Assembly: GCF_009914755.1 (NCBI RefSeq)
Contig: NC_060940.1
DNA: 64,000 bases
Reading direction: 5' to 3' (one strand)
From: the human T2T-CHM13v2.0 reference genome, Homo sapiens
Position numbers and translations under genes: made by a program
Shown here: piece after piece, positions 40,356 to 54,805 of the stretch
How positions within the stretch are numbered: position 1 is the first letter of the stretch
Layout: the number at the start of each line of letters is the position of its first letter
Notes under the pieces: generated by a model
Database searches by the model: none
Told to the model about the DNA's origin: nothing
The model's input: only the letters and a program-made list of their open reading frames with translations

Positions 40356-41328
40356 TTGTTTCTTCATCCCCAGACTTTTTTCAGAGTGGAGGTGATGCTG
40401 AAGGCATGCCAATATCAGAGAAGGAAACCAGACATAGGAAGTGACAATTTCAAGACTATAATGCACATGAACTTGTCTATATTTCAGACGTGAAGCCATA
40501 AGCATTCAGTGCAATACCTTAACCTAACCTTACAACTCCCTGGGAGGAAAACCCAGCAGGAAGCACAGGCAGAATTTCAGGTCCCTCATTCTCTGAGAAG
40601 GACCCTCTCCATGCCCTCACCTCTTTCAAGCTGCATGCAGACCAAAAACACCATTTAAAGTCCCTCACAGAATAGAAGGAAAAAAAAGTGAATTATCCCT
40701 GAAAGCCCTCCAGCCTTACTAACTTCCTTACTTGGCTCAACTAATATCAAAGGCTTAAGCCACTTAAGTGCTTTAACTGGACTAACCGGTTTGGAAGCTT
40801 TCTATTTTCTCCCTGTTACATGCAAACTGCAGACAACTCAAATGCATAGAGAAAACTTCCACACTGAGAAAGCAATTTAAAAAATAATAATAATGGGCAT
40901 CCTATATTGAGACAAACACTTTGTCTCACATAGCCTGTCATCTTCCTATTCAGAGTGACAAGGACAAAAATCTAGAAGAATTCTTTATAACAAAACAAGA
41001 ATTTTACAGTGCTAGATATTAAAAAAGAAAAGTATTATTTTTCTGCTTTAGTTTGATAGAAAACCTTGGAATCTAACCAAATAAATACATTTTATTGCTT
41101 AAAAATATAAACCCAATACACCCAAAAGAAACCATCTGTTTATTTGTGGAGTGTTTAAAGCATTTTGAGATATCGAAAACAAGCAAAGTCTGGCTTGGTA
41201 ACAGTGAATGAGACAGATCTGTGGTCTCCCGTGGCCTCCAATTCAATGGGGGAACCAGGGGCTAAACCAGCAAATATCACAAATGGGAATGAAATATTAT
41301 TCCTCTGTATAAAGTGTAAAGAAAAAGA

Positions 41329-41513
41329 CGGGGTTTCACCACATTGGTCAGGCTGATCCCGAACTCCTGACCTCAGGGGATCCGCCCACCTCAGCCTCCC
41401 AAAGTGCTGGAATTACAGGCATGAAAACCCGTCTTTACCAAAAATACAAAAAATCGCACCACCGCACTCCGGCCTGGGTGAAAGAGAGAGAGTCCATCTC
41501 AAAAAAATAAAAT
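41329..41513. mobile_element. Rearranged Alu: inverted left arm joined to deleted sense remainder
   Basis: 41329-41424 is antisense left arm; 41422-41513 is sense sequence ending in an A tail. Confidence 0.88.
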
Positions 41514-41821
41514 AAGTAGGAAGAAAAAGAGCAAAGTTCCATGAGATAAAATAATAGAAGGGGTGAGAGGAGCGGGGAAGCTAATTTTAGAGGGGAGGTA
41601 ACGGAACACTTTTCTGAGGAGGCATTTCTTGTGAGACCGGAAGTCCTCTCCTGGTCCACGATGGGGAAGTCCATGATGGAACTGAGAGACTGATGTCTCA
41701 GAGCTAAGGAGCGGAAGGGGTGGTGAGAACAGGAAGAAAGCAGAGACCAAGTGGCCTGCTAAGAAGGAGATGGACTGGGGACGCCCTTAGGCTCCTCCTA
41801 CAATAAAGGACAGGAAAGGCC

Positions 41822-42549
<728 letters not shown>

Positions 42550-42937
42550 GGCCCCAAGTCCACTTAGATGTGGCTGCCAAAGGTTGATGGTGGTGGAAGA
42601 GCTGCCCCAACTCTCCACCCAGGGAACCAACCCCTTCCCCTCAAGAGACAAGAGTCAAGCCGAGGGAAAGGACTGGGTTGCGCCCGCTACTGGACTCTGT
42701 GTGCTGCAGGGTCAACTCACATTGCTTCTTCCTGCATTGTGTTTTGTCTTTTCCAGAAGATACAGAAATTCCATTATGTGACTTAGCTGCTAAAGCTTAA
42801 AAATTAAATTGATTCTGACCCAGAGTCAATATTCTATTTAAATAGTTTAATGTTTTATTCTTTAAAATGAGAAAAAAACAAGTGTTTTATTTGTGAACAG
42901 GTGTTTTCTATTTTAGATTTCAAGGGCCTAAATCATT

Positions 42938-43242
42938 CTTTTTTTTTTTTTTTTTTTTTTGAGACAGGGTCTCCCTGCAACACCCAGGCTGGAGTGCAGT
43001 GGGGTGATCTCAGCTCACTGAAACCTCTATCTCCCAGGTTCAAGCGATTCTTCTGCCTCAGCCTCCTGAGTAGCTGGGCTTACAAGCGCCCACCACCACT
43101 CTCGGCTAGGTTTTGTATTTTTAGTAGAGATGAGGTTTCATCACATTGGCCAGGCTGGTCTTGAACTCCTGACTTCAAGTGATCCATCTGCCTCAGCCTC
43201 CCAAAGATCTGGGATTACAGGCATGAGCCACCTCATCCGGCC
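42938..43242 (-). mobile_element. Alu
   Basis: Antisense dimer; TSD tcaagggcc(t/a)aaat(c/a)attctt. Confidence 0.95.
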
Positions 43243-44173
43243 TCAAGGGCCAAAATAATTCTTAAAGGACTCATGCCAGGTATAAATCACACTTTATGAA
43301 TTTTCCCTAAAGTTTCCTTTAAAATATACTCTTCATTGGTCATATTTCAATTCCATCACAGGCTTTAGATTTAACAGAAAAAGGGAGACTGCAGCCTCCA
43401 GATGTAACTGACAAATTCAGTGTTAGGATGAGTGCACAATTAATTTTTAATAGTTCAGTGTGAAGAGCTTTAAAGATCAAGAAAATTAGGAAGCTATAAA
43501 TAAGCTTCCTGAAGGCAGGGACCATGTCTTAAGTGATTTGTATCCCACTATTTCTACCTATTAAATAATCAAAATTTAAAAGATCTAATGAACGAATAAT
43601 GTTTGTAACAATAGAGCCAGAACTTCAAATAGAATGATGTAAGCATATCTTAAAGAAGTATTTGAAATAATAATAAAAACAGCCCCATGGGCAGTATCAT
43701 TATTCTGTTTTTATTTTTAGTAAAGACTAATTCACAGATAGTACAAAGTAGCCCCAGTAGGCTGCCTGGAAAAATACTAGCAAAGACATATTTGTGGTCA
43801 TCAATAATTAATTTATTTTTCACTTTTTAATTTTGAATCTATCTGCAACAACTAAAAAATGCTCTTACCTCAGTCAAGATGTCACATTCTTTAAAAATTT
43901 TTTTAAATCTAAGCAAGAACACTAAAGAGTAAGTCATTGATTTGTTGCCCAACATGTACAAGAATAGCCCCAAATGAGAAATCTCAGTTCAGAATAAGGG
44001 AAAGACTTAAAGTATAATCAATATGAAATAGAAATTCATAGTCCAGGGGCTGGGGTGAGGATGGAGGGAAAGAAACATCAGAAAAATTAAAGACTAAGTA
44101 AAGAAAATGCTGAGAAAGTCTTTGAGGAAAACCATTGGTAAAAGGATGTTTAGGATTTTATTCAGCAGCAATG

Positions 44174-44492
44174 GGCCAGGTGTTATAGCACATGCCTGTA
44201 ATCCCAGCACTTTGTGAGTCTAAGGCAGGAGGATCACTCGAGCTCAGGAGTTTATCAGCCTGGGAAACACCACAAGATCCATCTCTACTAAAATAAAATG
44301 TTAGCCAGGTGTGTGTGGTGGCATGTGGTATAGTCCCAGCTACTCAGGAGATTGAGGTAGGAGAATTGCATTAACCTAAGAGGTTGAGGCTGCAGTGAGC
44401 TGTGATTGCACCAATGCTGTCCAGTGGGTGACAGAGTGAGGCCTTGTCTCAAAAACAAAAACAAAAACAAAAACAAACAAAAAAAAAAAAAA
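44174..44492 (+). mobile_element. Alu (AluJ-like)
   Basis: Diverged sense dimer. Confidence 0.9.
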
Positions 44493-44560
44493 CCAAGCCC
44501 TTTACTTAGATGATTTTTTAGAGGATTAAATGAGTTAATACTTTTAATGTGCTAAAAACA

Positions 44561-44872
44561 GGCTGGGCACGGTAGCTCACACCTGTAATCCCAGCATGTT
44601 GGGAGGCTGAGGCAGGTGGATCACTTGATGTCAGGAGTTTAAGACTAGCCTGGCTAAAATGGCGAAACCCTGACTCCACTGAAAATACAAAAATTACCCA
44701 AGCATGGCGGTGTGAGCCTGTAATCCCAGCTACTTGGGAGGTTGAGGCACAAGAATCACTTGAACCCAGGTGACGGAGGTTGCAGTGAGCCCAGATCACA
44801 CCACTGCACTCCAACCTGGGTGACAGAGTGAAACTGTGTCTCAAAAAAATAAAAATAAAAAAAGAAATAAAA
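44561..44872 (+). mobile_element. Alu (AluS-like)
   Basis: Sense dimer; TSD gtgctaaaaaca. Confidence 0.95.
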
Positions 44873-45505
44873 GTGCTAAAAACAGTGCTCAGGACATATA
44901 TAACACTCAATACATATTTATTATCATTATGATTATTACATTTGACTATTTGAGGGAACAACAAGTCAAGAAGTCTGGCCTTTTTCTAACAGTGTGTTTA
45001 TATTATAACTTTCCCCTTCAGTTGGACTTGAAATTCTGGGAAGTAGCATAAATATTCTTTCAGTTTATTGAGAAAAACAATGAAAGAACTAAGCAAGGTT
45101 TGAAGACCTGAAAAGACACATATTGATGAAATTCTTACAGAAGTAACTGAAGATATTTAAAGACAGAAGAGAAACCATAAATTTTTCTACCTTGGACAGA
45201 TGATCAATCCAAGGACTCTAGGTTTTAGTTTTGACTGGTTGGTGTGTTTTGGTGGGGATGGGAAAGAGAAGTGACCAATGGCAAGGAAATTATGAGGCTG
45301 CTTCTCTCATGAGGCGCCTTCTTGGGCCTATTAACTTCACCACCATAAGGTTCACCAATTCAAATGTTTAACTCCAGCCTTCGTCCATTCTGAAGGCTCA
45401 ATCTCTTATCCTCCTGCTCCACTGAAAAGCAGCAACAATCTCTTTTTGGTTTGGCTAGCATCATGGGGAGAAGAACGCTTGCTACTGGCCTTAAAGAGTA
45501 AATGA

Positions 45506-45918
<413 letters not shown>

Positions 45919-46976
45919 CTATCTGTTTAAGATGAGTCAGGTAAAGGCCCTCCCCTTCCCAGTGAACACCTGAGCACTTCAAGGTCACTTCACAGATGTT
46001 CACTGAGTCCTCTCCGCCTGTGGTTCACGCAGCTGCAAAACTGGGCAAAGTTGATTTGTCCAAGTAATCCTGATCTCCAATCTTGGCATGCAGTGTCTAT
46101 GCACTCTCAGTCTCTGTGACTTTCTGAGTCATGCTGATAACGGTAGACTAGAAAAAAGGTTCCAAAAGTCTTGCTGCCGAGGTCCTCAGAAATGCTTGGC
46201 TTTCTTCTCTTCCCTCACCTGGGATGTTCAGCTACTTCAAATACTCCAATAGGCTCAAAATGAATTATCCTTTCACTTTACTCACTAACCCACTGGGGCT
46301 CCAGAACAACATTAACTAACATGACTTTGACTATATGCAGTGGTTTATGCTCCTGACACAAAGATTAACAGATTCAGTCTCTGTCTTCAAAGCCCTTCAA
46401 CTATAACCGTCTGTACGGATGTAAATGTCATCTAGCAGCTCTTAATAGATATTAATAACATATTGATGAAAATTGATTTAGCTAATTATAATCTCTACTG
46501 AAATAAACACTTAATGACTTCAACAGCTCAAATCCCATGAGACCAGAATACAGCGTCATGGCTGTATTCAAAACTCTGTATTGGTTTGGAAAGTATAAGC
46601 AGATTCTGTCCAAGTTATGCCTGTGCCCATTCTCAAAAGAGTATGTACCTCTAAGAAACTCTTTTTAAGCTCTATGTACTAATAGCAAAATGGTTGATAT
46701 TCTTAACATCTACTGCATACATTTTAATATTAAAAAATTAAATGTAAAAATGTTAAAATGCATATAGTTTATAAGCAGCCATAACCTATGCTTCAGCATT
46801 TATAAATTAATCTCAGTGGTTTAATCATAATCAACAGATGTTGGTATGGCCCCTTCCTTCTTATTCTCCCTGCCTTCCTTTAACATACCCATCTGGGGGT
46901 CAGTGGTTCCTATGCACCAGGCACCGCACATAGCATTTTATCTGCAGAATTTCAACTGACTCTCACTGCAGCTCTA

Positions 46977-47302
46977 TTTGTTTTTTGTTGTTTTAATTTT
47001 ATATTTTATTTTATTTATTGAGACAGGGTCTTGCTCTGTCACCCACGCTGGAGTACAGTGACACGATATCAGCTCACTGCAACCTCCACTTCCTGGGTTC
47101 AAGCAACCCTCCCTGCCTCTGCCTCCGGAGTAGCTGGGATTACAAGTGCTGCCATCATGCCTGGTGAATTTTTGTATTTTTAGTAGAGACAGGGTTTCAC
47201 CATGTTGGTCAGGCTGGTCTCAAACTCCTGGGCTCAGGTAATCCGCCTGCCTTGGCCTCCAACAGAGCTGGGATTAGAGGCGTGAGTCACCATGCCTGGC
47301 CT
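46977..47302 (-). mobile_element. Alu
   Basis: Antisense dimer; TSD tgcagctcta. Confidence 0.95.
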
Positions 47303-47648
47303 TGCAGCTCTACCTGATGGGTACTTTATTAACACTTCTATATCAGGGGGCTGTCTGACTCCATGGCCTGCCCACACTCTTAAAAAACACACATTCTGTT
47401 CAGATTCAGGAAAGGTTCCAGAGAGGGTGGGGGTGGGGGACAGCTGAAATGCTGGACTCTGAAGGTATGACTCTTTAACAACAAACCAGTTTTGGGCTGG
47501 CATAATGGCAGAAGGTCCTAGCCTCCTGCCAAGTACCTGCTGTTCCTTTCCCTGCTTCAAAAGGACCAGAAAAACAAAGAGATGCAAGTAAACTCAGGTC
47601 ATTCTCAGAAGTGAGGGCTGAGGTTAAGTGGCATTAAAATCAGAGAGT

Positions 47649-47951
47649 CGGCTGGGTGGGGTGGCTCACGCCTGTAATCCCAGCACTTTGGGAGGCCGCG
47701 GCAGGTGGATCACGAGGTCAGAAGTTCGAGACCAGCCTGACCAACATGGTGAAACCTCGTCTCTACTAAAAATACAAAAATTAGCCAGCTGTAGTGACGC
47801 ACGCCTGTAATCCCAGCTACTCAGGAGGCTGAGGCAGGGGAATCACTTGAACCCAGGAGGCGGAGGTTGCAGTGAGCCGAGATCATGCCACTGCAGTCCA
47901 CCCTGGGTGACAGAGCGAGACTCCATCTCAAAAAAATAAATAATAAATAAA
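47649..47951 (+). mobile_element. Alu (AluS-like)
   Basis: Sense dimer; TSD aaatcagag(ag)tc. Confidence 0.95.
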
Positions 47952-48321
47952 CAAATCAGAGTCCTCTCAATTTTCACACCAAAAAGTATGAAAAAAGAAA
48001 GTCCTGTGTTTAGTGGAGACACTGAGAAAGCTTCCCCCATGGATCCAGACATACCTGGCTCAATTGTTCTCTGGAATGTGTCCTTACTGGTCATCACCAA
48101 TCTAGTTCAGATTTCACCCTGAAATGCTCTTATTCTCTCTTTTGTGGGGTATATTCTACGTACTTTCAGGGCAGAACTGGACTACTCTGCCTTGCAACAG
48201 CCGCACCACATCCTGAATGCCAGAGATACTCCACATATATTTGGGAGAGACATATCCACAATAATAAAAGATACCATATCTTCCCAGCCCCTGAGATAGC
48301 CAAATACACACTAACAACCAG

Positions 48322-48636
48322 TTTTTGGTTTTTTGTTTGTTTGTTTGTTAGTTTTTTTGAGACAGAGTCGCTCTGTTGCCCAGGCTGGAGTGCAGTGGCG
48401 CGATCTCGGCTCACTGCAAGCTCCGCTGCCCTGGTTCACGCCATTCTCCTGCCTCAGCCTCCTGAGTAGCTGGGACTACAGGCGCCCGCCACCACGCCTG
48501 GCTAATTTTTTGTATTATTAGTAGAGACGGGGTTTCACCGTGTTAGCCAGGATGGTCTCGATCTCCTGACCTCGTGATCCGCCCCTCTCGGCCTCCCAAA
48601 GTGCTGGGATTACAGGTGTGAGCCACCGTGCCTGGC
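48322..48636 (-). mobile_element. AluY
   Basis: gcaagctccgc, ttcacgccattctcc, ccgtgttagccaggatggtctcgatctcc; TSD ctaacaaccagtt. Confidence 0.95.
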
Positions 48637-49670
48637 CCCTAACAACCAGTTAAAAGGACAGATACTGAAGCTACATGACCTTTACAAGTGGTTTGGTCAT
48701 GAAGACTTTCTCAATCTAGGGAAGATGAAAGAAAGCTGTTTGACACCCTTGTGCCTCATAATCCTCTTTCCTCCATGCTTATGAATGTGATCATTTCAAA
48801 GGAAGCTTAAGGTTATCATTTGGAAAACACATGACTGCCACAAAGGCTGTTGGTGAACTGTGAATGACCAAGACGACAGCTAGCATGTCTCGATTTAATG
48901 GAAACCAGACTTTCCATGAAGTTCACATGGGAACATGCAGCCAACCTTCCCCCTGGATCATTCCAGGCTTTGCTGCTGGGTCTGCTAATAACACTCCTCT
49001 TCACACGTCAGCATCCTTGGAAAGCGGCGGCTTGAATGTCTGGGAGGAGAAGATCCTACCGCATATCCATGTAAGTTGTGTGCTTTAACGTGAATTTTGT
49101 GATCCAATGTTGTGTTCCCCTCCTCCAATCCTTCTTTGCTCCAAACTGACATCCTATGGAATGTGGCATTATGCAGTTAAGAATACTGACAAATTGCGAT
49201 GAACAACTAATCTCTTGAGCTCCTCTCTCTGTCCCTCCTGTGTTCTCATTCCAGTCTGGCCATGTATTGCCCCAAGCCTAGACTTAGCAGTGGTCTCCTA
49301 TCTCCTCTCCCTGTTGACAATCTCTCTTCTCCCTTGCTCCAGAGTTGTTTTTTCCAAAGCATCGCTTTTAACGGGTCATTCACCATCATGCTCTATCACT
49401 ACAAGATGAATTCTTGACCAAGAGAAATGGATTTCAAGACACTTTGCAGCCCCGTCCAATCCAAATGCAGCATCTAGTAGCTTCTCTAGCATCTTCTACC
49501 TCTTATTTTTTCTTTTAACTGAATTCCAGCTACATTCACTCCATTGCTGTTCTATAAATAAAAAAGCCAAGTTCCCATCTCAGATTTTTTTCATTTGCTG
49601 TTTCCTGTGCCTAGAATGCTCTTCCCCTAGATATCTCACTTCATGTAGGTTTTTGTCCAAAGGCGACCTC

Positions 49671-49968
49671 TTTTTTGTTGTTGTTGTTGGAGACAGAGTC
49701 TCCCTCTGTCACCCAGGCTGGATTGCAGTGGCGCAATCTCAGCTCACTGCAACCTCCACCTCCCAGGTTCAAGCAATTATCTGCCTCAGCCTCCCAAGTA
49801 GCTGGGATTACAGGCACCCACCACCACGCCTGGCTAATTTTTGTGACTTTAGTAGAGATGGGGTTTCACCATCTTGGTCAGGCTGGTCTTGAACTCCTGA
49901 CATCGTGATCCGCCCTCCTTGACCTCCCAAAGCGCTGGGATTATAGACCGGAGCCACCGTGCCTGGCC
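49671..49968 (-). mobile_element. Alu (AluS-like) within L2-like sequence
   Basis: Antisense dimer with (TTG)n tail. Confidence 0.95.
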
Positions 49969-51034
49969 CAAAAAGCTGACTGGGGAAACAAGGTTGGCTT
50001 TGTTTCAATAGGATGCTTCAAAGGTCACCTGTTCAAAGCATCCTTTCAAATGAAACAAAGCCAACCTTGTCATTTTCTCAGTCAGCCTTTTTTCCCCCAT
50101 AACAGCCTTTATCATGACATGAGAGTGCCACACGCAGCTGTTTCCTTCTGTGTTTACTGTTCATCCCTCCTATTAGCTCCTTAAAGGGACTTTGTGCCTG
50201 TTCTGCCGACTTCCCTATGTCCATTGTTTGGCAGCTGGTAGGAGCTCTGTAAATATTTTTGGTATTAATCAACTAAAAATAAAGCAATATGTATGGTGCT
50301 AAGGGAGACATAAAAACAAGCAAGACTTCAACGTCTACATTTAAGAAACTCCTCTACTTCTGGAGCTAAACACATCCAATTAATCAGAAACATTATATCC
50401 TTTTCCCATTTCACCATTCTGATTTACACAGCCCCCTCGTAGGCTTCCATACCATTCACAGCACATATCAAGGAAACAATTATTTCTCTAGTTTCTCTCT
50501 CTTTCCCTGTAACATAAATCCCTGGCAAAGCAGAGTTGATGTTGTATTTGATTTTGTGCCCTTAGAACTCAGAAGGTACTGGCGTGACACTCAAATCATA
50601 CTGACTGAATAGGGGAATATGCAAAATTCTCTAAGAGGACAAAGTTAGGGCAGACCATCTCTGAGGGTAGTGTTTGAACTTCTGTACATTGGGGAACGTC
50701 TGAAGGTTTTGAATGGAAAAGCCATAAAAACCAATGTACGTTATAGAAAACCCTGGCTAACACCCAACTTATGGGGCATTTCTACTGCCTGTAGCAGTGA
50801 AGATTGTACTAATTTAACCCTTTATATTCTGCCTGGCATTACTGTGAAATATGACAAAAATTTAGACAAGAAGAGAAACGTATATAGTAAGCTACATTAT
50901 CTAACATCCAGTTCATCAGCTCTTCTTCTGATACCATTTTTGCTTCAGATTTTTTTTAAAAATCTCAACATTTCATATATAGTTATCAAAATATTTAAAT
51001 CTAACCTCCCCATAACAAATCAGTTCAGATAAGG

Positions 51035-51333
51035 TTTGTTTTTTTTTTTTCTGAGACAGAGTCTTGTTCTGTTGCCCAAGCTGGAATGCAGTGGAATGAT
51101 CTCAGCTCACTGCAACCTCCGCTTCCCAGGTTCAAGCATTCTCCTGCCTCAGCCTCCCAAGTAGCTGGGATTACAGGCGTGCACCACCATGCCTGTCTAA
51201 TTTTTGGATTTTCAGTAGAGACAGGGTTTCACCATGTTGACCAGGCTGGTCTCGAACTCCTGAACTTAAGCGATCCACTCACCTCAGCCTCCCAAAGTGT
51301 TGGGATTACAGGAGTGAGCCACCATGCCTGGCC
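51035..51333 (-). mobile_element. Alu
   Basis: Antisense dimer. Confidence 0.95.
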
Positions 51334-54231
51334 ATAGATAAATATTTTGATATAAGATTAGTATCCCTTGTCATCGAAAGTCTAACTCCTTTGCTATTTA
51401 AATTATCATTATCCAAATGTATTTGGTTTCTAAGTTTGGATAGTAAGGAATTCATACTTGATTCTCAACGCATGTTTGCTGAAAATAGTGACTTTCTGAG
51501 AAGGAATAGTTGACTTGTATTCTGTAACTAAGCTGGTGCTGCATAAATAGCATCTACCACATTTGCAAGACAGGGATTCCAATTTTTGGAATCAGTGATG
51601 CTCTCCCTTCCCAAGGCTGCTGGCTTGCTGATGCACACTATCAGAAAGACACGTGTTTTTACTTGTTTCTGTGGTGGTAATGGGTTATGTCAAGCTCTCC
51701 ACCCAACCCTGCCCTGCCTCCCTTGGAACTGACAGCATTTATTTGTTAAACAGACAGCTGGAGCTGGAAGTCTAGGAATCAGCTGTTAAGAGATGTGATT
51801 AAGTACGCTACGTGGCATCAACCCATTGGGCAGGTGCACAGTGGAGCTCGATGATTGACAGGACTTCCCAAGCTCTCCCAGGGGTGGGGTGGAAGAGCCA
51901 CACATGACCACCATGTTGGAAACAGCTGGTCCCAATTTTTTCTCAGTTATTTATCTTTTCCTGCCCCTCCTCACCCCCTGCCTTGAGGTAAAACAAAGAA
52001 AAATAATCATAGGATTAAGAGATGTTAGCAATTGTGCAGTCCATCCCCCTGATTTTACAGAGGAAGGAAATGGGATCTGGGGAGAACAAAGAACTGTCCA
52101 AAGTCTCAAAAGTGATTAGTAGCAGAACATTTCTGGCTAGCATTTAGTTTTCCTATCTATTTGATGAAGTGATTGGACTTGGTAACTTAGTGGTTATTCC
52201 ACATCTGAAATTCTATTTCTTTTTCACTTGGGATGTATGTAACTTGCCGTGATACAAAGTACAATTTCTGCACAAGACAGCAAGCTCCCTGGACAGCCTC
52301 GTGTACACTCAGCAGTAAAAGTGTTTTGATGCTGCTGCATATTGTCAGAGCCCAGTTAAGGGGCTCAGAGCTCATCATCAACCTGGCTGACCACCAGGCT
52401 TAAAGATGCAAATACCTATACCCAACTTGGACTTTAGGATCCAAATTTCTAAGGTTTTAAAACCAATTTTATAAAATAGACTACAAACCTATACCTGCAG
52501 GCCCAACCTGGACTTCGACAGGTTTTGTTTGTTCCTCTCTGTGCTAACTTTTCCCTAGAGGAATTTGAGCCCAATATTGTCATTTCATCCAATTTTTCAA
52601 GAGAAGCCATAAATTCCATTTTGTGTGTACAACTGCTGGGCAGCAGCTAGAGAGTGGCCGCCCCATAAAGATGTGGCATAAGCTCTCCAGTTCATCAAAG
52701 CCCTACCCCTTCTGCATCCCTCATTATATTACTAGTCTGGTGCCTATGAACATTTGACTTTGTGACCCCTGCCCTAATTCAACCTTATACTTGATGCATT
52801 TCTTATGCAAAAGTCATATCTTGCTAGCTAGGGCGTTTCTTTTTCCTTCTCTTATAGCTGTCAGATCACCTATCACAAAGCTAAGAAATCCATATATACC
52901 CAAAGATAGTTTTTCCTCAGTAATTACATTTGCATGTAACTTATTACATGCAAATATGAGAAAACATGAGGAAAGTTGGAATAGAAGCATAGTTTATTTA
53001 ACTTTGTGAAATCTGTGAGTCTGCAAATTCTTGGTGCTGTCCTACAGCAACAAACTACAGAAGTCTGCAAATGGGTAAACACTTCTGTTGGGTGAACTAT
53101 GCTTGCCTTCTGTAGCATCCAAAATGTCACTCCAAACAGATGCTGGGGATGACAGCAGAGGGCTATTTGCATACTAATATGCCCCACCCAGATTCAGATG
53201 CAGAGGGACATAGATAAGATGTGTTAGGCAAATGCACATGCGGTTAACTCGCTACATGTAACTGAGAGATAAATGGAACGTATGCAGTGATTTCCAACTT
53301 TTTCCTCCTGCTGTCATCGATTTTCTTGGCTCACCTAACCGTCATGCAAATTCTCTTCCTGTTACAAGTACAGTGTGGCAGGAAGAAAAGTGGCTTTCTT
53401 GCCAAACTCTGGCTCATTTCCTTCTCATGTCGGATAGTCATGGGTCATGGATCACTTTACAATGTTTTTCAAAATTTAAGATGGCTCAGGTCATCGCTGT
53501 CACGGGATAAATTATATTTCATAAACCAAATATGTCTAGGCTTCCAGATTACCAATAAAAGCAGATAACCAGCTTCTTGGAAACAATCTCAAAATGCACA
53601 ACTCAAGAGTACACACACAGAGGAAGCTCTGTCCTAACTCTGACCATTCATACCTCCTTCACTGCAAATTACTCCATATCCCTTTTCATTTTAATGTAAA
53701 GCATTTGAATGCAAACTGCTTCCACTGCCATGTCTTTCTTGTAATGAGGCGATTACAAGCTGCGTATCAGTGGCTTGTCATGATCACATTAAGAAAATCA
53801 GCAGCTGGATGTTGAGTTTTTTAACTTCTGCCAAAAAAATTTTAAAAAGTTTTGATTCTCCAACCATAGCTAAGATAACATGTGAACTGAGATGGCAGCC
53901 AATGTCTTACATTTGTCCATCGACAAGACTGTGAGTAAAGCAACCTTTTCTATCCAGGAGTTTATTTTTTAACTGATGACTCCTGCCCCCATTTGGGTGC
54001 TGCAGACTCATCCATGAAGCTGGAATGAGAAAGATGGTGCCTGCTCCTGTATTCTCTATGGCGCTATCTCTCACCACTACACTTACTCCCAACCCCCATC
54101 CTTTACTGCTTCCTAGGATGGCAGAGCTTTCCACTGTTCTTTAAACCAGCTAAACCTGTTTCTGTCTTTCTCTGGTAGAAGCTGTAGGCACTACGCACTC
54201 TGCAAGGCTAGATTCACCTACTCAGAAAGCT

Positions 54232-54524
<293 letters not shown>

Positions 54525-54599
54525 AGAAAGCTCTTCTATGACCATCTCATCAAAAACACTTCTCTTTAAGTCATAATATCAGAAAACATCGTGATCACG

Positions 54600-54805
54600 C
54601 CACAGACTGGAACCAAATGTGTGGGTTCAAATTCTGGCTCTACTGCTTGTAAGGCGTGTGAACTTGGATGAGTTACTGATTTTTGTGCCTCAGTTTATTG
54701 AACACAGAATGAGGATAAATGAAGGATACAGGCTTGCTCTGAGCACTGAAGGCATAAATATATATAAATCACTTACAATAATGCCTGCCACACAGTGAGT
54801 GACTA
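54600..54805. mobile_element. MIR fragment
   Basis: tgggttcaaattctggctctactgctt...tgtgaacttggatgagttact...tgtgcctcagttt...aatgcctgccacacagtgagtg. Confidence 0.75.
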
